A stretch of 39,304 nt of DNA from a virus (taxonomy: Duplodnaviria; Caudoviricetes): IMG/VR virus record IMGVR_UViG_3300027419_000016, positions 1-39,304 of that record; one strand, written 5' to 3'. The notes beneath the pieces were generated by a model that saw nothing but the letters and a program-made list of their open reading frames with translations, was not told where the DNA came from and did no database searches. Of this stretch, positions 19,236-27,261 are shown one piece after another; within the stretch, counting starts at the first letter, position 1, and every line of letters begins with the position of its first letter. The position numbers were made by a program, and so were the translations under genes.

Positions 19236-19625
19236 TTAGGCAGTAGCAGCGTAGCGACCGTGGCCCATTGGGACAAATTCGATAATATCATCGGCATCAC
19301 CATCCTCGAGTGCCCGTCCCAACACATAGTTACCCGTTGTGGTAGTAGCAACCGCTTTGCCAGCACTATCTGCGGTAAGGAAGTTGCCAGCTGTGACAGA
19401 ACCACCAAGTTTGACCTTAGCCGTACCACCAGCACCAATGAGATGAACCTCGGCAGTCTCATTTTGCTCTGGTTTGTTGCGAAGGGTACCAAGCAAAACA
19501 TCGGTTGCAGCAGACGCAAGACCGACGGTGTTGGCAGCCGTAAACTTCACGATGAAGAATTGCTTTGCGGACAGGTCAGCACCTGCCTTGAATCCTTTAA
19601 TCGGCCCGTAATTGGATTGCGACAT
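19236..19625 (-). CDS. Capsid cement / decoration protein (DUF2190-like)
   Basis: G.V.AG..LT.DSAGKAV...LGRALE motif; directly before the capsid gene. Confidence 0.8.
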   Translation of the reverse strand: MSQSNYGPIKGFKAGADLSAKQFFIVKFTAANTVGLASAATDVLLGTLRNKPEQNETAEVHLIGAGGTAKVKLGGSVTAGNFLTADSAGKAVATTTTGNYVLGRALEDGDADDIIEFVPMGHGRYAATA

Positions 19626-19643
19626 GGTTATTCCTTTCTAGGC

Positions 19644-21011
19644 TTATGCCTGATCTTCAACACGCTTGAAAAGTTCTGGATGTGCCTCGGAAACATTGAG
19701 GAGGGCTTTGCCTGGGCTAAGTTTTTCGTCAGCCTTCATCGCTTCCTCAACTAGCTGGTCAATCTTGGCCACCGGATCAGCAATTTCAGCAGCTGATGAA
19801 CCAGCCTCGCTCAATTTGATCTCAGCAACAGCATCCATGACCTTTTCAAACAGTTCCTTCTGTTTGTCATTGAATGACATCACCAATTCAACCAACGGCC
19901 CGCGTGCTTTCGGGTATACCTTCCCACCCTTTTCAGACGCAATGAACGTTTTGTTGACGTAGGTTTCCGTCTTCAACTTTTTGTTTTCCTCGGCCTGAGC
20001 CTTTAGCGTCGCCAGTTCAGCAGCACTAATGGTAACGGTCGCTTCTTTACCCTTGACCGCATCCTCAGCACCACCCTCACCGTCGCCACTGTCCTCAGCC
20101 GATCCATCGGCTTCATCGGATTCCTCTGTGTCATCCGTATCGTCCGATTCATCTGACTCATCCTCAGATTCCTCAGACTCTTCGGACTCGTCATCCGTTG
20201 AATCAGCATCTTCAGACTCCTCAGATTCAGTTTCCAAGACATCGCCGAACTTCTCCTTATCCTCATCCGTGAGTTCATCAGCGTGTTCATTTAAAAACGC
20301 TTTCTCCTCATCGGTAAGGTCGGCCACATCTTTTTCTCGAATTTCCTCGAGTGTAAGCATTGGGTCTCCTTCCTTCTGTTCCTCATCTGCTTTGAGGAAT
20401 AGGCTGATTTTACTATATTTCTCCTTCTCCTCATCTGTCAATTTTTCACTGGCTGTCAATGCCTGAAGTCGCTTAAACAATGGACGGTTGGTGAGCGTCC
20501 CGGCAATCAACACTGCCCCATGAAATGTTCCATGCTCGGGATCAATGTAGTTGAAGGTGAACTCAGGTGACATGAAGCGGTAGCGTTTATTTTTCAGCTT
20601 ATCCTTGCCAAGATCATTCCACTCGACATCGGCCCATAACTCGTTGCCGTTTTCAATGGCCAAATTGGTAATCCAACCCGCAGCCTCTCCGCCATCGTGG
20701 TCAATATCAATCGGAATACCCTTACGGATGTTTTCATTGGCTACCATCTGCTCGAGGTGGGTCGTGGTGACTTCAAACTCACCATACTTCTCTGTGTTGA
20801 ACTTGGCAGCAATAAGTAGTTGGACACGGGATACCGGCTGGCCTTCTGAGCCCTTAAACAGATCAATCATGCCATAGACATTTTCTGACGCCTTGAGCTG
20901 AGTACGACAAATGGCGATGGCATTCTCTTTTGGTTTCCCGTCCTTCATGACTTCAGCGACACACTTTTCCATTTTCTTCTGCATGGATTTAGACATTCCC
21001 GGGTACGGCAT
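19644..21011 (-). CDS. Mu-like prohead protease / scaffold
   Basis: IDIDH...AAGWI...VEW...YRFMSPEF...LTNRP; acidic linker; likely start 21011; internal RBS+ATG at 20360. Confidence 0.9.
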   Translation of the reverse strand: MPYPGMSKSMQKKMEKCVAEVMKDGKPKENAIAICRTQLKASENVYGMIDLFKGSEGQPVSRVQLLIAAKFNTEKYGEFEVTTTHLEQMVANENIRKGIPIDIDHDGGEAAGWITNLAIENGNELWADVEWNDLGKDKLKNKRYRFMSPEFTFNYIDPEHGTFHGAVLIAGTLTNRPLFKRLQALTASEKLTDEEKEKYSKISLFLKADEEQKEGDPMLTLEEIREKDVADLTDEEKAFLNEHADELTDEDKEKFGDVLETESEESEDADSTDDESEESEESEDESDESDDTDDTEESDEADGSAEDSGDGEGGAEDAVKGKEATVTISAAELATLKAQAEENKKLKTETYVNKTFIASEKGGKVYPKARGPLVELVMSFNDKQKELFEKVMDAVAEIKLSEAGSSAAEIADPVAKIDQLVEEAMKADEKLSPGKALLNVSEAHPELFKRVEDQA

Positions 21012-21031
21012 AGATACTCCTTCTTGCATTA

Positions 21032-21835
21032 TTATTTTAGTTTAAGCTTTGTCAGGCATTTACACCATGGGTGAGCAGGGGTGGATCGTCGGGGGCCAAG
21101 CAATGTTGGGAAATCCTCATCAAACGGAACTTCCATCCGATCTAATGGTCGACAGACGTTACACGCCCCTGGCTGACCATCAAACCAGATTTTATACTCG
21201 GCTCCTACCCGTTCCCCGACGCTCAGCACACCTTCCGAATACGCTCGGACAGTCTCCGTATGGGCAATCATGCCAGCCCGGTAGGGATTATCAACCAACT
21301 TCGCTAGACGGTCTGTGGCCTGGGATTGGTTGAAGCCCTGCTTGAGTGACGATAGGAGATTTTGTTTGACCTGCTTGATCGTTGTCTCGTTAATATCCCC
21401 GGCCAACCGAAGGGTATACTTCCGCAACGCAGCCTGGGCGAGATCATCACCTGGCATAAACCCAGACGAAAACCCAAAGTCTGCCTCTTGGGCCAATGCC
21501 CCGATCGAGAACGAATCAAAGAGAATCTGGTCAAGATCAACATTGATCGTCACGATCTCCTCTGGCCAATCGTCCGTAATAAGCGGTTCCGCAGCCTTGA
21601 TGAGACGAGCATTGTATTCTCCCCAATTGACCCGTTGACCAACCCGACCAGCTAGATCACGAAAATAGCGGGTGAAATGACGGCGAATCTTGATATTCGT
21701 CGCAATCAATTTTTTGAAGGCATCCCGATCCTTTTTGTACTCAGGATGCCACCCCTCGCCTGGCTGGAGTGACGCATATAGCTCGGCGAGTTCGTAACTA
21801 CTTTCCTTCAGTGAGAGCATGGTCAACCTTTTCAA
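21032..21835 (-). CDS. Minor head morphogenesis protein (Mu gpF / SPP1 gp7 family)
   Basis: RA.MIAHTET.RAY, CxxC and PAHPWCKC motifs. Confidence 0.85.
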   Translation of the reverse strand: MKRLTMLSLKESSYELAELYASLQPGEGWHPEYKKDRDAFKKLIATNIKIRRHFTRYFRDLAGRVGQRVNWGEYNARLIKAAEPLITDDWPEEIVTINVDLDQILFDSFSIGALAQEADFGFSSGFMPGDDLAQAALRKYTLRLAGDINETTIKQVKQNLLSSLKQGFNQSQATDRLAKLVDNPYRAGMIAHTETVRAYSEGVLSVGERVGAEYKIWFDGQPGACNVCRPLDRMEVPFDEDFPTLLGPRRSTPAHPWCKCLTKLKLK

Positions 21836-23141
21836 ACATGGTCATAACTTTTTCTGTCAAGGTTTCCCGTTCCGTCATAGACAATTTCTCGTCATCCGAC
21901 TCGTCTTCTGATGGCTTTGGTGTCGATTTTTCTTTGGGTTTCTCTTCCTTCAGGTCTTCGGGCAATTCAGGCAAGCCCATCTCATTGCGAATATGCCGTT
22001 CAAGGCCGGGATCGTACGTTAACATGCCAGATTGGGTAATGCGTTGCAGGGCTGTCGAGAGCATATTCACATCGGTTTTATCAATGTTTGAGAACTTGAG
22101 ATAGGGGTATTTCTCAACATAGAAATTCATATCCACCAACTGTTTAATAACCTGATTGGTGATGGTATCAGCAATGTAGCGGGCGACAGCTTTGAGCGAG
22201 AGCAAGAATAGTTCGCTCTGGTCTTCGGACAGTGATCGAGAGCCAGAAGATGTTGCACCCAATTCCAAAAATTGTGCCAGGGTGTTTTTTGAAATCTGGC
22301 GGTCATGGTGGGCAATTGCAGGCATGATCTGGCGGTTGCTTCCGGCCTTGGCATCCAGGAATCCGAACTCCCATCCCTTTTTGTATTTGAGGCGAGCTTG
22401 TTCATTGGCCCGCAGATTCTTCAGCCATTCTTCAGCCTCGGCTTGGTCGGTTGCTGACGCACCATCGGGCACGACCGCATACGGGATACCGACACCCTGA
22501 CGCTCATGGGCAATGCCGTCGATCTTATAGAATGCGTCCTTCATATACCACGACTTATAAGCGGACCGGAGGATGGAGATCCCCTCCCAGTTATCACCTT
22601 CTTTTTCGTTAACCAGCACCAAGAGCTTCTCCATTGGAATTTTAGCTTCACCGCCCGTCGGCATGATCTGGTGAATCCCCGGCACGCCTGGATCAGCTTC
22701 CCAGGCATAGATGGTCTGTGGGAGACGGGGGGCAAGTTTCTTGAGGACAATTTGGCCATAGACGTTGGTTGTATAGACCTTCTCAAACACCATCCGGCCA
22801 TAGTCAAGATAGAGGAGTGCCTGGCGGAGAAACTCCGGCCAACTCATATCGAGATCTTCGAATAAGTTTTTATCAACAAACTCAGCAATCTCCTGATCCT
22901 GCTCGTCCTCGCTGGCTGGTTCAACTGTCCAGTTGGAGGAGATAATCGGCAATTTCATTGAGAGGAGTGTGGCTCGGACAGTCGCATCACCCTTACGCAT
23001 TTGGTCATAAATATCGATCCCATTGATACCAGTGAGATCGGAATTATAGTCATTGTCGGAGATGATACCGCCAGTGATGACTGTACCAGTCCCGCCAAGC
23101 TCGGTATTGAGATCGACTTTTCTTTTTGTCGCCATCCGCAC
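21798..23141 (-). CDS. Portal protein (DUF935 / Mu gp29-like)
   Basis: Follows TerL; G.SILRSAY..WY.K, ERQGVGIP, GSRSLSE motifs. Confidence 0.9.
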   Translation of the reverse strand: MRMATKRKVDLNTELGGTGTVITGGIISDNDYNSDLTGINGIDIYDQMRKGDATVRATLLSMKLPIISSNWTVEPASEDEQDQEIAEFVDKNLFEDLDMSWPEFLRQALLYLDYGRMVFEKVYTTNVYGQIVLKKLAPRLPQTIYAWEADPGVPGIHQIMPTGGEAKIPMEKLLVLVNEKEGDNWEGISILRSAYKSWYMKDAFYKIDGIAHERQGVGIPYAVVPDGASATDQAEAEEWLKNLRANEQARLKYKKGWEFGFLDAKAGSNRQIMPAIAHHDRQISKNTLAQFLELGATSSGSRSLSEDQSELFLLSLKAVARYIADTITNQVIKQLVDMNFYVEKYPYLKFSNIDKTDVNMLSTALQRITQSGMLTYDPGLERHIRNEMGLPELPEDLKEEKPKEKSTPKPSEDESDDEKLSMTERETLTEKVMTMFEKVDHALTEGK

Positions 23142-23164
23142 TCCTTATTTAGCTTGAGTATACT

Positions 23165-24475
23165 CTAAAATTTCCGTGACATTAAACTGGGCAATACTTT
23201 ACCACCCTGATCGGGTTCCGTCTCAGGTGATTTTGGCAGGCTCATATCCCGCTGAAAATAGGCCAAAATGCAGGCATCAGCAAGATCCGGGCTACGGTAG
23301 CCACGCTTTTTGTATTGGTCTTTACTTTCAATGCACCGACGTTCAAATCGATCCATCGACCATTGGCGAGTAGATAGTTCCATGAGCAAATCCTGGTTAA
23401 GTGGCAGTTCAAGATCAGTCACCAGACTGGCAAACGAAAACCACATTTCCGAAATAAGATTGGGGTATTTGTCCTTATCTTTCGGTTCACCACCAAAGTT
23501 AATTGCGATGACATGATAACCACGCTTAATCATCTCATCAACGACACCACCGCCAACCCCGCCATCATCAATTTTGAGTAGTATCCGTGTATCAAACCCT
23601 AGGAAGTCCTCTAATAGATCACACGTCTCAGTCGTGCGTTTTTTCTCGTGAGTTTCCCATTTGAGTGTCTTGCGACCCTGGCGCATCCAAAATACGCTGC
23701 GGTCACCGCCAAACCGGGCTACATCCACCCCGACTTCTTTAAGGCCCGTTAACTCAACCTCCTGATTCATTGCTTTCAGAATATCATCCCGGCCGATGAT
23801 AGCGAACTCATTTTGCGACAATGGCTCCCCAAGCCATTTATGGGTATACAATGCCGGATAGTTCTTCTTATCGTGTTCGATCTCTAGCTGAATCTCTTTA
23901 GTGAGCAGGCCGTGACGTTCGAGGACATCAAAATTGACCATCTTCACATAGGTACGATCCGGCTTATGGAGCACGAATTTCACAAACACTGGGTCGAGTT
24001 CGGTAAATCGGTTGAAGGTGAAGATGATCTGTGACCCTTCCTTACGAATGGTTGGGGTGAGAATGTCCAAGGACTCATTGGTCACTCCTTGAGCCTCCTC
24101 GACCCAACAAATATCAATGCCTTCGGTACTTTTGATCTCGTTGATGTTTGACCGCAATCCTTTGAAGATGAACTCGCTGCCTGTCGCCAGGTTTTTGATT
24201 GAGTCCTTGGTGATGTAGAACTCATCAAACCCATACTTCTCGATAATATCCTTAAGAAGTTTGTGGACAGAATCCTTGATCGTTTTCTGAATCTCCCGGG
24301 TACAGAGAATCCGAAGCTGCTCCCTACGGGATCGAAGAATCAACGCCTCTGCCACCTGATAGCTTTTACCAGAGTTCCGACCACCGTAGAGGACGATGTA
24401 TCGCCAGTAGGGATTGAATAGCTCTTTGAAGGGCTTAAGAAACTCGACCTCAATCGTTGGATTCATCGTCATCAC
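23165..24475 (-). CDS. terL: Terminase large subunit (PBSX family)
   Basis: Walker A GGRNSGKS, Walker B WVEEA, nuclease GVDVARFGGD and SPDLADA. Confidence 0.95.
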   Translation of the reverse strand: MMTMNPTIEVEFLKPFKELFNPYWRYIVLYGGRNSGKSYQVAEALILRSRREQLRILCTREIQKTIKDSVHKLLKDIIEKYGFDEFYITKDSIKNLATGSEFIFKGLRSNINEIKSTEGIDICWVEEAQGVTNESLDILTPTIRKEGSQIIFTFNRFTELDPVFVKFVLHKPDRTYVKMVNFDVLERHGLLTKEIQLEIEHDKKNYPALYTHKWLGEPLSQNEFAIIGRDDILKAMNQEVELTGLKEVGVDVARFGGDRSVFWMRQGRKTLKWETHEKKRTTETCDLLEDFLGFDTRILLKIDDGGVGGGVVDEMIKRGYHVIAINFGGEPKDKDKYPNLISEMWFSFASLVTDLELPLNQDLLMELSTRQWSMDRFERRCIESKDQYKKRGYRSPDLADACILAYFQRDMSLPKSPETEPDQGGKVLPSLMSRKF

Positions 24476-24848
24476 CGACGAATTTTACCAGGGCGGTCTT
24501 TAATTCGAGTTCGCCGCCAAGTTCAGTTTTTTTAGCAAACTCATGACGCATTTTTCGTTCCAAAAACCACTTTGCCGTTTCCGGGTGTTTAAGATCATCA
24601 ACAACTGTCTGCCGTGCCCGCAGAATCGGACCTTCTTTCCATGCCTCTTTTTGCTCGACAAATTCTGGATGACGTTTCTGATAGTCATACAGGGTTGCTG
24701 GATTGATTTCTGCGTACGCACATGCTTCACGATCAGACGCACCAATCATGAATGCTTGACGAAGTAGCTCGACCTTTTCTTTCGTGATTGCTTCAGGTCG
24801 CCCAACCTTCTTTTTGACTTTTATAGTAGGCTGTTTTTTCTTTTTCAT
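24450..24848 (-). CDS. terS: Terminase small subunit
   Basis: GRP plus HTH (GASDREACAYAEI..ATLYDY); overlaps terL. Confidence 0.8.
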   Translation of the reverse strand: MKKKKQPTIKVKKKVGRPEAITKEKVELLRQAFMIGASDREACAYAEINPATLYDYQKRHPEFVEQKEAWKEGPILRARQTVVDDLKHPETAKWFLERKMRHEFAKKTELGGELELKTALVKFVGDDDESND

Positions 24849-24855
24849 AAGCTAT

Positions 24856-24930
24856 TGGAGCGCCGGGGTCAGACTCTCACTGCCCTCTACTCCCTGGATG
24901 GGAGTCGCAACGATTCTTTGCTTCCGGCGC
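24856..24930 (-). tRNA. Non-canonical tRNA-Gly(UCC)-like element embedded in the mom 3' end
   Basis: GCGCCGG/CCGGCGC acceptor, U73, encoded CCA; GCAA/UUGC D stem; ACUCC/GGAGU stem with loop CA-UCC-AG; bulged T arm. Confidence 0.85.
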
Positions 24931-25274
24931 AGATATTCTCCTAGGTATTTTCTCATATCCTGATCTAGTGGCATAAGGAATTTGTGTTTTCCCTTACTAA
25001 TGAAGTATTCAGCCTGTGGGTCAAGATGTTTACGGACTGCCTCAAGTGACTGTTTGACACCCATACTATGGATAGTCTTTGGATGAACTTTTTTACCCCG
25101 GACGATAAATGCACTCCGCGTCCCTTTATTAACATGACCTTCATATAACCAATTGCCTGCCTGATAGATTTTGCCTTCGTGGTTTTGGTCAGCATCGGCA
25201 TAACTGACAATAAGGCGGAGGCCGGGGTTTTGTTTGAACAACATCTTGATTGCAATACTGAGAATCTTGGTGAC

Positions 25275-25292
25275 TGTGTGTGTGTGTGTGTG
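25275..25292. repeat. (TG)9/(CA)9 simple sequence repeat inside mom
   Basis: 18-nt perfect dinucleotide run exactly at the frame break. Confidence 0.95.
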
Positions 25293-25502
25293 CTCAAAGC
25301 GACCCTCGTTAATTCACATACCTGTGTTTGATCTAGTCCGTATGGGCTACCAATGTGGTTGTTGGCCCCACGACTAAAGAGAACGCATCCAATGAACTTT
25401 TCATCCTCCCACACCCCGATCTTCACGAGTTTACCCGCAGGGAGGCTGTGGGAATAGTGAAAACTCTCACAGGCATATTTCGCTGCTTGGTGGGTACACC
25501 AA

Positions 25503-25991
25503 TCAAGCCGTAAATTCATGGCCACATTCCGGACAGGTTACTTGCTTCTCATTGAGTCGATCAAGGCTCGGTGGATTTTCACTGCTTGGTTGGAATCGGT
25601 CAGCCAGATCGGCCAGCGGGGTGGATTTTGAAAGGTCGACATGATAATCATTCAACCGCAATGATGGGACAGCCAGGACTAATTCAGCTAGTTTCTGTTG
25701 GTCATATTCCCCTGCCCGATCATTGTCAGATAAGGCGTATTCCACCCATTCCTTTTCTGTCGGTGCGTCGACGACACTTACCCAAACCTCAGAAATACCA
25801 AGATCCTTGTAAGCCCGCAAACGCATATTCCCACCGAGAACTACCCCGTCCGTCGTTACAATCAACGGCTTGTATTGCCCCAATTGGTTAATTTGCCGTT
25901 TAAGACGATCAAAATCGTCTTTATTGATTGTCCTGGGATTCTTATCCCAATTCTTCAACTTCTCAATCGGCCACAATAGTTTTTCGGCCAT
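25503..25991 (-). CDS. ParB/Srx N-terminal domain protein with C-terminal Zn ribbon
   Basis: KNPRTI, PLIV...VLGGNMRLRA, DNDRAG, CPECGHEF; start after GGGAGG. Confidence 0.85.
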   Translation of the reverse strand: MAEKLLWPIEKLKNWDKNPRTINKDDFDRLKRQINQLGQYKPLIVTTDGVVLGGNMRLRAYKDLGISEVWVSVVDAPTEKEWVEYALSDNDRAGEYDQQKLAELVLAVPSLRLNDYHVDLSKSTPLADLADRFQPSSENPPSLDRLNEKQVTCPECGHEFTA

Positions 25992-26013
25992 AATACCTCC
26001 CACGATTCACCCC

Positions 26014-26022
26014 AATATACCA
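26014..26022 (-). promoter_or_regulatory. Candidate extended -10 promoter (TGGTATATT)
   Basis: TGn plus TATATT upstream of parB-mom; same 9-mer at 27975-27983. Confidence 0.45.
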
Positions 26023-26032
26023 CAACCTCCCC

Positions 26033-26374
26033 CTATGCCAATAATTCCCGCTCTGTTGGGTTCGTAAGATAGATGACCTCCGGATAGAGCAAGAGAATCG
26101 CATCCCGCTTTTGCTTCCAGATCTCAGTGGCGAATCCTTTAGTTTCCACGTACTTCTGGCGGCCGTCAGGCAAGGTGACACGAAAATAAACCCTGTGGGT
26201 ACGCCACAACTTGCCATTCATCCGAATCTCGAACTTCACCTGTTTCTCAAGCCCTATGATCTTCCCTGCCTTTAGAAGTGACTCAAGCCAGAGATAATCA
26301 CCAAATTCCATTTTTGAATCGAAGGTTCCCTTCGTGTTCATGACCCGCTGATTACGGTATTTTCGTTGAAACAT
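26033..26374 (-). CDS. DUF1064-family PD-(D/E)XK-like nuclease
   Basis: KYRN, FDSKME, LEKQVKFEI, VETKGF; start after GGGGAGG. Confidence 0.8.
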   Translation of the reverse strand: MFQRKYRNQRVMNTKGTFDSKMEFGDYLWLESLLKAGKIIGLEKQVKFEIRMNGKLWRTHRVYFRVTLPDGRQKYVETKGFATEIWKQKRDAILLLYPEVIYLTNPTERELLA

Positions 26375-26379
26375 CACAT

Positions 26380-26461
26380 ACCTCCCCACAGCCCATGACA
26401 AGAGAAGCTCAAACAGTGTGCGGTCGAGACACACTATCCCCATCATGGGCCAAGGGAAGGT
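26380..26461 (-). promoter_or_regulatory. RBS-sequestering long hairpin
   Basis: ACCUUCCC pairs with GGGGAGGU; GGCCCAUGA/UCAUGGGCU; AGUGUG/CACACU. Confidence 0.55.
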
Positions 26462-26488
26462 GGGGAGTGTGTGGCTCCCCAGAAAGAA

Positions 26489-26695
26489 TCATGCCTGTCG
26501 TTGGTAGCGTGTTTCACCGTAGTATTCGTGGATAATATCATGGCACAATCGGCAGATGAGGATGACCATTATGTCTCGCATCGGGTGTTTGTAGTACCGT
26601 GATCCCTTTTTACGTCCCGGCCAAATTGCATGGTGTTCAGTTAGTGGGCCATGGATACCACACAGTGGACAAATACCAAGCTTCTGATTACTCAT
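26489..26695 (-). CDS. Small HNH endonuclease
   Basis: CPLC...TEHH...CRLCH..IH; real start at 26695. Confidence 0.8.
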   Translation of the reverse strand: MSNQKLGICPLCGIHGPLTEHHAIWPGRKKGSRYYKHPMRDIMVILICRLCHDIIHEYYGETRYQRQA

Positions 26696-27083
26696 AGCGG
26701 AAAAACAAATACAGTTGCGTACGATTATTAACGATGGTGTAGAACATGTCGGTCGTGAGTTGGCGCATAATCCAGATCCCCCGGCCCGATACGGCCTGGT
26801 GGTCGGGCAAGTCACGCTCCATCCATTCGCTGTAGTCAAACGTACCCATGTTTTCAACCATGAATTTGATATGTGATGGATAGACAGTTACCTCAAGGGT
26901 AATATCCCAATCGTGAGCGATAGAAACATAATAGGCATTACCCAATGCCTCTCGCACGGCCAATTGCACGTCATACTGCCAATCAACATCAAAACCAGAG
27001 AGGACAATCTTCAGAAACTCAACAAACCGATGAATCAGGCTCGCTGGATAGGTTGCCGTGCTGGTCGTGCCGATTTCCAACAT
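26688..27083 (-). CDS. RsbW-like HATPase_c (anti-sigma / Ser kinase family) protein
   Basis: N-box LAVREALGNA, G1-like VENMGTFD, G2 SGRGIWIM; AAGGAGG RBS. Confidence 0.8.
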   Translation of the reverse strand: MLEIGTTSTATYPASLIHRFVEFLKIVLSGFDVDWQYDVQLAVREALGNAYYVSIAHDWDITLEVTVYPSHIKFMVENMGTFDYSEWMERDLPDHQAVSGRGIWIMRQLTTDMFYTIVNNRTQLYLFFRYE

Positions 27084-27171
27084 GGCATGATTCCTCCTTG
27101 TTAAGGTAGTGGGGTGAAGATAAATACACTAGGGCTACTTGTGACCCCATAGGTTGCCCCATGTGGCCAGT

Positions 27172-27241
27172 TGGAGCGAACGAGTGGGTACGAGCCACCA
27201 ACCTGTCGCCGAAGCGACTGCTCTCCTTGAGCTACGTCCGC
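27172..27241 (-). ncRNA. Anticodon-less tRNA-like RNA with Gly-type acceptor stem
   Basis: GCGGACG UA GCUC AAGGA GAGC A GUCGC UUCG GCGAC AGGUU GGUGG CUCGUAC CCACU CGUUCGC U CCA. Confidence 0.85.
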
Positions 27242-27261
27242 ATAGGGGCTTACGCCCCGGG

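Larger units (their letters stand above)
24852..25525 (-). pseudogene. mom: Mom-like adenine-modification enzyme (GNAT fold), frameshifted at a (CA)9 tract; candidate phase-variable gene
   Basis: Frame 1: HYS, IGCVLFS, CELTRVAL; frame 2: IVSYAD..QNHEGKIYQAGNWLYEG; deleting one CA joins them into 223 aa. Confidence 0.85.

Noticed and set aside
20060-20240. Low-complexity repeat-like DNA
   Set aside because: It encodes the acidic scaffold linker
24965-25274. C-terminal part of the 186-aa ORF as a real domain
   Set aside because: It is out-of-frame read-through after the CA repeat; the Mom motifs continue in the other frame
27172-27241. Ordinary tRNA-Arg(UCG) or tRNA-Glu(UUC)
   Set aside because: The arm is 14 nt rather than 17 and cannot form a 7-nt anticodon loop
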